A stretch of DNA of 64,000 nt from an uncultured Collinsella sp. GTDB lineage: Bacteria > Actinomycetota > Coriobacteriia > Coriobacteriales > Coriobacteriaceae. Location: assembly GCA_902490305.1 (NCBI GenBank), contig CABUDI010000004.1, positions 35,085 to 99,084 of the forward strand. Reading direction: 5' to 3'. Of this stretch, positions 57,105-64,000 are shown in pieces; the stretch's first letter is position 1; each line of letters starts with the position of its first letter. A model generated the notes under the pieces. It ran no database searches, had not been told where the DNA came from, and worked only from the letters and a program-made list of their open reading frames with translations. The translations under genes were made by a program, and so were the position numbers.

Positions 57105-58361
57105 ATGGCATTGCAGTTTACAGAGCGCGAGTTCATTCCCGTGCTGCTCGGCGGCGACATCAACGCCTATTCGGTGGCGCGTGCTTTCTACGAAGAGTAT
57201 CAGGTCAAGAGTCTGGTCTTTGGCAAGTATCAGACGGGCCCTGCGTATCGAAGCCAGATTATCGACTACACGCCCAATGTCGACATCGATACCATGCCCG
57301 TGATGCTCAAGACCGTCAACGGCATCGCTCAGGCGCATGCCGATAAGACGATTGTCCTGATGGGCTGCGGCGATAACTATGTTGCCCTGGTGGCTCAGGC
57401 AAAGGATGCCGATGAGCTGGCGGATAACATCGTCGCGCCCTACGCACCCTACAGCATGCTCGAGCAGTGCCAGAAGAAGGAGATCTTCTACGAGCTGTGC
57501 GAGAAGCATGGCGTGCCCTATCCGCACACGTTTACCTTTACCAAGGCGATGCTCAATGCCCAGGGTGAGGCGCCTGCCGAAGTGCTCGACCAGATCGATT
57601 TTCCTTACCCGATGATTCTGAAGCCTTCTGACGGCATCATGTGGTGGCAGCACGAGTTCGAGGGCCAGAAGAAGGCCTATGAGATTGCCGACCGCGCCGA
57701 GCTGGAACAGGTCATTCGCGATTCGTATGCCAGCGGCTACACCGACGATCTGATCTTGCAGGACCGCGTGCCCGGCAACGATGAGTACATGCGCGTGCTC
57801 ACCAGCTATTCCGACCGCAACGGCAAGGTGCGCATGATGTGCCTGGGCCATGTGCTGCTCGAGGAGCATCAGCCCCACGGTGTCGGCAACCATGCCTGTA
57901 TCATCACCGAGCCCAACGACGAGCTCATGGGCGGCGTGCGCAAGTTGCTCGAGGACCTTCACTTTGTGGGCTATTCCAACTTTGACGTTAAGTACGACGA
58001 GCGCGATGACTCGTTTAAGTTCTTCGACTTCAATACCCGCCAGGGCCGCAGCAACTACTATGTCACCAACAGCGGTTTTAACGTTGCCAAGTATGTGGTG
58101 GATGAGTATGTGTTCAACCGCCCGTTTGAGCCGGAGTTTGTGACGGCGCAGGACGAGGCGCTGTGGATGGTCGTCCCCATGGGCGTCGTCGACAAGTACG
58201 TTAAGGATCCCGAGTTGCGCGCTAAGGTGCATCGCCTGGATAAGGAAGGCAAGGGCGCCGACCCCTCGTTTATGAAGGGCGACTTTGTCTTTAACCGCTG
58301 GCTGCGCATGTGGCACACAAAGTTGCGCCACTTTAAGCTGTTCAAGACGTATTACAAGTAG
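57105..58361 (+). CDS. ATP-grasp carboxylate-amine ligase (D-aspartate ligase type)
   Basis: PVLLGGDINAYSVARAF, YPMILKP, GYSNFDVKYDERD, NTRQGRSNYY. Confidence 0.88.
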   Translation: MALQFTEREFIPVLLGGDINAYSVARAFYEEYQVKSLVFGKYQTGPAYRSQIIDYTPNVDIDTMPVMLKTVNGIAQAHADKTIVLMGCGDNYVALVAQAKDADELADNIVAPYAPYSMLEQCQKKEIFYELCEKHGVPYPHTFTFTKAMLNAQGEAPAEVLDQIDFPYPMILKPSDGIMWWQHEFEGQKKAYEIADRAELEQVIRDSYASGYTDDLILQDRVPGNDEYMRVLTSYSDRNGKVRMMCLGHVLLEEHQPHGVGNHACIITEPNDELMGGVRKLLEDLHFVGYSNFDVKYDERDDSFKFFDFNTRQGRSNYYVTNSGFNVAKYVVDEYVFNRPFEPEFVTAQDEALWMVVPMGVVDKYVKDPELRAKVHRLDKEGKGADPSFMKGDFVFNRWLRMWHTKLRHFKLFKTYYK

Positions 58362-58445
58362 ATGAGTGCGGCGCCCGTCCGGTTTGCATCGGGCGGGCGC
58401 GGGTATGATACGCGCAATTGCGCAAGCGTCACCAAGGAGGCGGCG

Positions 58446-59192
58446 ATGGAAAAGCTGGGAGTTATCGGCGGCATGGGCGCCGAGGCCACGTCGTATTACT
58501 ACGACCAGGTGGTGCGCCATACGGCGGCCACGTGCGACCAGGAGCATATCGATATGGTGGTGCTCTCCAAGTCGACCATGCCCGACCGCACGCTGGCCAT
58601 CAAGACCGGTGAACATGCCAAGCTGCTGGCGACCATGAAAGAGTGTGCCCAGGCACTCGAGTCGCTGGGCTGTGCGCACATTGCCATTCCCTGCAACACG
58701 TCGCACTACTTTTACGACCAGATCCAGTCGTTTACGAAGGTGCCGATTATCCACATGCCGCGTGAGTCGGTGCGCTATGCCCTTGCGGGTGCGGTGATGG
58801 GGGAGTGCGAGTTCGACCCCAACCTGAGTATGCCGGCCGAGCCGGTGCGCAAGATTGGCATCATGGGCACCGACGGAACCGTGGGCGCGGGCGTCTACGG
58901 CCGCGAATGCGAGGCTGCGGGTGTTGAGGTCGTCTATCCCAGCGAGAAACGTCAGAACGATGTGATGTCGCTTATCTACGATGATGTGAAGGCCGGACGT
59001 GAGCCCGATATGGATAAGTTCGACCGCGTGATGTGGGAGTTCGCCCGTAGCGGCTGCGACCGTGTCATTCTGGCCTGCACCGAGCTATCGGTGCTGCAGA
59101 AGTATCGAGAGATGCCCGAGATCACCCTCGATGCCATGGATGTCCTGGTGCGCGAATCCATCATCCGCAGCGGCGCCCCCTACCGCCTCTAG
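58446..59192 (+). CDS. Aspartate racemase
   Basis: LGVIGGMGAEAT, PDRT, IPCNTSH, ILACTEL (two catalytic Cys). Confidence 0.9.
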   Translation: MEKLGVIGGMGAEATSYYYDQVVRHTAATCDQEHIDMVVLSKSTMPDRTLAIKTGEHAKLLATMKECAQALESLGCAHIAIPCNTSHYFYDQIQSFTKVPIIHMPRESVRYALAGAVMGECEFDPNLSMPAEPVRKIGIMGTDGTVGAGVYGRECEAAGVEVVYPSEKRQNDVMSLIYDDVKAGREPDMDKFDRVMWEFARSGCDRVILACTELSVLQKYREMPEITLDAMDVLVRESIIRSGAPYRL

Positions 59193-59198
59193 CTTCCG

Positions 59199-59233
59199 AC
59201 CTGTCAAAAAGGGACAGGTTAATTTTGGTAGGT
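59199..59233. repeat. REP-like repeat family B copy
   Basis: ACCTGTCAAAAAGGGACAGGTTAATTTTGGTAGGT, compare 10986-11020. Confidence 0.75.
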
Positions 59234-59317
59234 TTTATCTGGTGAAACAGTAAAGGCCTCGGCTCGTTTGGTGCGAGCCGAGGCCTTTTGCGTTGGGCGG
59301 TTGCTGTCGGTGGCGAA

Positions 59318-60064
59318 CTAGAACAGGAAGCCGATGGCGATGAGGGCGATGCTGACGATGAGCACGGCGATGTCCAGGCCCTTGATGGGGTAGCGCTTGT
59401 ACGAGCTGGCGCGTGTACGCAGATAGAAGCCGCGCTGTTCTGCCGCCAAGGCCGTGGCATCGGTCTTGCCCACGCTCGAGATGAGCAGTGGCACGCACAG
59501 CGGCAGCATGAGCTTAAGCTTCTTGATGGGGTTCTTGGTGTCGTACTCGACGCCGCGTGCGGTCTGCGCTTCCATGATGGCGTTCATCTCCTGACCAAAC
59601 ACCGGCACAAAGCGCAGCGCCGTGGTAAAGGTGAAGGCATAGCGATACGGTACGTGCAGCACCTCGACGCAGGCGTTGGCAAGGTCGTTGAGCTTGGTCA
59701 CCATGAGCATGAGGATGAGCGGTAACGCCACACCCAGCAGGCGCAGACAGGCCTTCGATCCTGTGATGAGGCCCGTGTCGGTGATAAAGCCCCACACAAC
59801 GTTGCCATCGCGCATAAAGGCCAGCTGGAGCACCAGCATGATAAGCGCGAGCGGAATCAGCAACTTGAGCAGCGAGAACAGACGGTCGACGACACCGGCA
59901 TAGGCACCCAGCGCAAGGGTGAGTGCCAAAAAGCCCAGCAGCGCCACGTAGGTGTCGGACAAGAAGATGCCGACGATGATGGCGGCGGCGAGGCCCAGTT
60001 TGACGACGGGGTTCAGGCGATGCAACAGCGTATCGCCCGGCATGTAGTCGATGACGTTAACCAC
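59318..60064 (-). CDS. ecfT: ECF transporter transmembrane T component
   Basis: LHRLNPVVKL, ALRFVP, EAQTARG, AAEQRGF. Confidence 0.9.
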   Translation of the reverse strand: MVNVIDYMPGDTLLHRLNPVVKLGLAAAIIVGIFLSDTYVALLGFLALTLALGAYAGVVDRLFSLLKLLIPLALIMLVLQLAFMRDGNVVWGFITDTGLITGSKACLRLLGVALPLILMLMVTKLNDLANACVEVLHVPYRYAFTFTTALRFVPVFGQEMNAIMEAQTARGVEYDTKNPIKKLKLMLPLCVPLLISSVGKTDATALAAEQRGFYLRTRASSYKRYPIKGLDIAVLIVSIALIAIGFLF

Positions 60065-61808
60065 GGTGGACCATCTCCTTGGTAATTCGAACGACATCGG
60101 TGACCTCGCTCACCTGCGCAAAAGCGGGTGAGACGGAAGATGCCAGACGGCGCGAGAGTTCAATAACCTGGGGAGGCTCCACGTAGGCACGCCGCATGAG
60201 ATCGATGTTCGAGAATAGCTCGTGCGTGCGGCCACGGTCGAGGATGTGACCGTTTGTCATGACGACGATGCGCTCGGCAAAGTCGGAAACAACTTCCATA
60301 TCGTGGCAGACCATGATAACGGCGCAGCCGCGCTCGGCCATGGTGCGCACCGTTTCCATGACGGTCATGCACTCGCGGTAATCAAGGCCGCTCGTGGGCT
60401 CGTCGAGCACGACGATCTTGGGCTCAACCACTACGACGGAGGCAAGCGCCACCATTTGTCGCTGGCCGCGCGAAAGTGAGAAAGGTGCCTCATCGGCAGG
60501 CAGGCCAAAGCGGTCGATAACAAGTTGAGCACGGCGCAGAGCCTCGGCACGGTCGATGCCGGCAAGCTCCAGGCCAAAAGCGACCTCGTCGAGTACGGTA
60601 TCCTTGCAGATCTGGCGGTCGGGGTTTTGGAAGAGCGTTGCAACCTCGCGGGCGATGCGGCTCGTGGGAACGGCTGCGGTATCCAGCCCCGTAACGCGCA
60701 CGCTGCCCGAGGCGGGCTTAAGCAGGCCCGTGAGCAGCTTGGTGAGCGTGGTCTTGCCGGCACCGTTTTGGCCGACGATGCCCACGAGCTCGCCGGGATA
60801 GAGGGTCAGGTTGAGGTCGTGTACGGCGGCGCCGCCATTGGGATAGGCAAACTCAACATGGTCGAAGGTGAGCACGGGCTCGGCGTCCTTGGCGTGCGGG
60901 CGCAACGACGGTGCGTGCGGTGAGCCGGCGGGTGCCTGAATGTCGTTGCTTGCGTGTGCGGGGTCGACGATGCCCGAAATCAGGCGCTCGGCCTCATCGA
61001 CATCCAAGCAAGGGGTACCGCTTACCAGGCCATCGGCCTCGAGGCTATTGAAGATGCGCGTGACGCGAGGGCAGTCGACGCCGATGGCACGGAGTTCGTC
61101 GGTATGCGCGAAGACCTCGTGTGGTTCGCCCTGCAGCGCGATTTCGCCATGGTTGAGCACGAGCACGCGGTTGCAGTACTCCGAGAGCAGGGCGACCTTT
61201 TGCTCAACGACGACGATGGTGATTCCAAGTGTGCGGTTTGCCTCACGCAGCGTCTCGAAGACCAACGTGGAGCTGGCGGGGTCGAGTGCCGCGGTGGGCT
61301 CGTCGAGAACCAAGACGCGCGGACGCATGGCGAGGATGGCGGCGATGGCTACCTTTTGCTTCTGTCCGCCCGAGAGGGTGGCGATCTCGCGGTCGCGCAG
61401 GTCGCTGATGCCGACGGTCTCGAGCGTTTCGCTCACGCGCTGCTCGATCTGGTCGTGGGGAACGCCAAAGTTCTCGAGGCCAAAGAGCATCTCGTCCTCG
61501 ACGACCGAAGCGACCATCTGCGTGTCGATATCCTGCAGCACACTGCCGACGATTTGCGACACGTCGGTGAGCGAGGCTTCGCAGGTGTCGTGGCCGTCAA
61601 CCATGACGGCCCCAAAGAACGTGCCGGTGTAGTGGTGGGGCACGGCACCCGACAGGCAGGCGGCAAGCGTGGACTTGCCGGCGCCCGAGGGCCCGATGAT
61701 GCCGATGAAATCTCCCTTGTTCACGCTGAGCGAGATGTGGCTGAGCGCCTGCTCGGTCTGCGTGCCATAGGAGAACGAGACATCGTCGACGTTGATGATC
61801 GTTTCCAT
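60057..61808 (-). CDS. ECF transporter fused double ATPase (EcfAA')
   Basis: GPSGAGKST / LSGGQKQ and GQNGAGKTT / LSRGQRQ. Confidence 0.92.
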   Translation of the reverse strand: METIINVDDVSFSYGTQTEQALSHISLSVNKGDFIGIIGPSGAGKSTLAACLSGAVPHHYTGTFFGAVMVDGHDTCEASLTDVSQIVGSVLQDIDTQMVASVVEDEMLFGLENFGVPHDQIEQRVSETLETVGISDLRDREIATLSGGQKQKVAIAAILAMRPRVLVLDEPTAALDPASSTLVFETLREANRTLGITIVVVEQKVALLSEYCNRVLVLNHGEIALQGEPHEVFAHTDELRAIGVDCPRVTRIFNSLEADGLVSGTPCLDVDEAERLISGIVDPAHASNDIQAPAGSPHAPSLRPHAKDAEPVLTFDHVEFAYPNGGAAVHDLNLTLYPGELVGIVGQNGAGKTTLTKLLTGLLKPASGSVRVTGLDTAAVPTSRIAREVATLFQNPDRQICKDTVLDEVAFGLELAGIDRAEALRRAQLVIDRFGLPADEAPFSLSRGQRQMVALASVVVVEPKIVVLDEPTSGLDYRECMTVMETVRTMAERGCAVIMVCHDMEVVSDFAERIVVMTNGHILDRGRTHELFSNIDLMRRAYVEPPQVIELSRRLASSVSPAFAQVSEVTDVVRITKEMVHRG

Positions 61809-61821
61809 GGATACCTTTCAT

Positions 61822-61870
61822 AGTCATTGGGGACGTTCTTACATGACTAGTCGTTTAAGAACGTCCCCAA
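61822..61870. repeat. REP-like repeat family E (GGGGACGTTCTT / AAGAACGTCCCC)
   Basis: Perfect 14-bp inverted repeat at 61827-61840 / 61857-61870; partial direct copy at 62550-62584. Confidence 0.75.
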
Positions 61871-61938
61871 GAGCTAGTTGTCTGGGACAGTCTTTGATGA
61901 CGGGGCCGTGGAGCTGCGGCCCCGTCCATCATATCAGG

Positions 61939-62490
61939 CTATTTGTTGAGCACCTTGCGGAGGGGGAAGAAGAAGGCCTGGACCATGACGGCGTTGAAGA
62001 CGGCAGTGCCGAGCACGATGGGCACCTTGGCGAGCGCCGTGGGCAGCGCGGCACCCATGATGACGGTGCCCAGGACGGCGAAGAGGGCACCCGAGACCAG
62101 GGTGGTGAGCAGACCGGCGATGAAGGGATTGACCTTGCTGCTGCCGATGTTTGACTTGACGAACGCTGCCATCGTCAGCGCGCCGGCAAGCTCGGTGACA
62201 AAGTTGAGGCCAGGGATTGACGTGGTGATCTGGATAACGGCGGCCGATAAGATGCCAAAGATGGCGGCCTGAGCAAAGCTTGCCTGCGTGAGCGCGATGG
62301 CTAGGGCATAGGCGGCAATGATGAACTGCGGCTTAATGCCCGTGACGGCCAGGGCATTGCCGACGGTCATGTTGAGGATAAAGCCGGCGGCAAGCAGGAC
62401 GGCGAGCAGGACCAACGAGGTGATATCGAGGATGCCCTTGTTTGAGGTGGCGTTGGCTGAGATGGTGCGGGCTTGGGTGTTGGTGGCCAT
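61939..62490 (-). CDS. ECF S component (TrpP-like tryptophan transporter), paralog 2
   Basis: LLAVLLAAGFILN, IKPQFIIA, about 6 TM; in operon with the ECF A and T genes. Confidence 0.75.
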   Translation of the reverse strand: MATNTQARTISANATSNKGILDITSLVLLAVLLAAGFILNMTVGNALAVTGIKPQFIIAAYALAIALTQASFAQAAIFGILSAAVIQITTSIPGLNFVTELAGALTMAAFVKSNIGSSKVNPFIAGLLTTLVSGALFAVLGTVIMGAALPTALAKVPIVLGTAVFNAVMVQAFFFPLRKVLNK

Positions 62491-62605
62491 GATGAGTTCC
62501 TTTCGGAGGGAGTTTTGATATAGCAGTGCCTATGCCTTCAGATGAAGGCAGTCATCGGGGACGTTCTTGAATGACTTGTCGTTTTTGAATAATGGAGCAC
62601 AGAGA

Positions 62606-62705
62606 CGACTTTACGAGGGTCCCAGGTTGGCGCGAAAGAGGAGCGAAGCGTACTTGGGTACGCGAGCGACGAATGAACGCCAAGATGGGGTGGCTCGTAA
62701 AGCCG
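62606..62705. repeat. Structured intergenic repeat family D, copy 2 (inverted)
   Basis: Reverse complement matches the core of 36296-36402. Confidence 0.85.
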
Positions 62706-62711
62706 AACGGG

Positions 62712-63284
62712 TTAGTTGAGCCTAAGGGCCTTCTGGATGGGCAGGTAGAGGGCGCCGACCAGAATGGCGTTAAAGACGGCGGTCATGGCGACGACGGGCA
62801 ACATGGCGGCGGCGAGCTCGCCGACCACGCCGAGCATGGCCATCTTGATGACCATGAAGATGACGCCGGAGACAAAGGTGGTCAGGAAGGTTGCGACAAT
62901 GGCGATCGCGGGCTTGATCTGACCGTCCTTGCCGGCGGCGTTGACGATGCCGGCCATGAGCATGGCGGCGATGCCCTCGGCGGCAAAATCGACAAACGGC
63001 GAAGTGGTGGTGATCTGGATCACGGCAGCCGAGATGAGGCCAATGACGAGCGCCTGGCCGATGTTGGGGCGAACGACCAGGATGGTGAGGCAGAAGGCCG
63101 AGATGATGAACTCGGGGCTGATCATGCCGCCCGAGATGCCCGAGATTGCCTTGCCGACGGTGAAGTTGAGGATGAAGCCGGCGGCGAGCAGGATGGCGAG
63201 CAGGACGAGAGCACGGACGTCGAGTTTGCCACGGTCGGCGGTCTGGACGGTGCGGGGCTGGGTGGCGGTGGTGTTCTGAGACAT
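62712..63284 (-). CDS. ECF S component (TrpP-like tryptophan transporter), paralog 1
   Basis: LLAILLAAGFILN, ISPEFIISA; paralog of 61939-62490; directly below a Trp attenuator. Confidence 0.78.
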   Translation of the reverse strand: MSQNTTATQPRTVQTADRGKLDVRALVLLAILLAAGFILNFTVGKAISGISGGMISPEFIISAFCLTILVVRPNIGQALVIGLISAAVIQITTTSPFVDFAAEGIAAMLMAGIVNAAGKDGQIKPAIAIVATFLTTFVSGVIFMVIKMAMLGVVGELAAAMLPVVAMTAVFNAILVGALYLPIQKALRLN

Positions 63285-63361
63285 GGTGAAAATCCTTTCG
63301 AAATGGGAGTGCAAGAGAAAAGCGGAGGCGCGTGATGCGAATGCGATCGGGCTCGAGATAG

Positions 63362-63392
63362 AAAAAGGCCCCCGGTCGAAACCGGAGGCCTT
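63362..63392 (-). terminator. Attenuator terminator
   Basis: Minus strand AAGGCCTCCGGT-TTCG-ACCGGGGGCCTT-TTTC. Confidence 0.85.
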
Positions 63393-63428
63393 CCAATCAC
63401 CTAGAGCGCAAAAACAGGCGTGAGGGAC

Positions 63429-63497
63429 TCACTGTCGACCGATCGTATTCGCATCACGCCACCACCAGTTGTTGAGAGACTTCATCGTGTTCTTCAT
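63429..63497 (-). CDS. Tryptophan leader peptide MKNTMKSLNNWWWRDANTIGRQ
   Basis: Not in the ORF track; AAAGGAG RBS, three tandem TGG codons at 63467-63459, followed by a terminator. Confidence 0.88.
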   Translation of the reverse strand: MKNTMKSLNNWWWRDANTIGRQ

Positions 63498-63675
63498 GTT
63501 GGTGGCTCCTTTCGTGATGCCGTGGCGCGGTCGCACCTAGTTGCTGTTGCGCTGCACTATAGCACAGCAAAGTGTGTGCGGGGAAATCTTTTTTGAAAAG
63601 ATTTCAGGCGGGTTTCCTATCGCTCAAAAGAACGGGCGGGTTGACCTGCGCCATCCCGCCCGCACCAGCGAGGGG

Positions 63676-64000
63676 CTACTCCTTATTGCGGCGATAGAGG
63701 AAGTAGCCGCCTGCGAAGATAACGGCAACACCGGCGACGGCGAATGCAGCCACCATACGGCCATCAAAACGATCACCGGTGGTGGGCAGGCCGCCCTTGG
63801 TGTTCGTCTTGTTGGTGGTTACCGTGGTCGTGGTATCCGACTTACCAGGCTTCTCGGGCTTGGTGGCGGGCTGCTCGGGCTTAGTGGGCTGCTCAGGCTG
63901 CTCGGGGGTGCTGGGCTGTTCGGGCTTACCGGGCTGCTCGGGAGTGCCGGGCTGATCCGGGGTGACCGGGTCGGTGGCAAGGGCGTCCTTGGCGTAGGTG
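63676..64000 (-). CDS. C-terminus of an LPXTG sortase-anchored surface protein (partial)
   Basis: PEQP repeats, then GGLPTTGD, hydrophobic helix, YRRNKE*. Confidence 0.88.
   Translation of the reverse strand, partial: TYAKDALATDPVTPDQPGTPEQPGKPEQPSTPEQPEQPTKPEQPATKPEKPGKSDTTTTVTTNKTNTKGGLPTTGDRFDGRMVAAFAVAGVAVIFAGGYFLYRRNKE

Noticed and set aside
63300..63500. T-box riboswitch upstream of the ECF operon
   Set aside because: No T-box consensus found; the WWW leader peptide explains the terminator

Overview
High-GC (roughly 60% by eye) anaerobic actinobacterial chromosome segment. Gene content and codon style suggest Coriobacteriia, probably Collinsella (inference, not searched). Core content: oxidoreductases, nfo, a polar amino-acid ABC transporter, flavodoxin/DUF3793, a CopZ-like protein, an SOS Y-family polymerase-YolD cassette, pgi, deoC, HAD hydrolases, tatD/tcdA, sdpR/sdpI, ettA, nadE, ldh, a lysine/DAP operon under a lysine riboswitch, D-Asp ligase/racemase, an ECF transporter and the end of an LPXTG protein. 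Notable signals, several missing from the ORF track: (1) a candidate SOS (LexA-box) controlled type I toxin-antitoxin locus at about 33040-33330, with a 28-aa hydrophobic peptide, 5'/3' fold-back pairing and a convergent antisense promoter and terminator; (2) an integrase-less 3.5-kb island inserted in the 3' end of pgi (32-bp att duplication) carrying hypothetical protein + ClpP-like protease + soluble VirD4-like ATPase; (3) an extended fructoselysine/Amadori catabolic cluster; (4) a Trp leader-peptide (WWW) attenuator upstream of a two-S-component ECF transporter; (5) a lysA-dapA fusion with an internal RBS; (6) a higB remnant + higA followed by a lipoprotein/HTH/Ser-Thr kinase cassette whose kinase has a single in-frame stop; (7) several families of covarying intergenic palindromic repeats. 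No rRNA, tRNA or CRISPR array was seen. All family calls come from motif recognition; no database searches were run.
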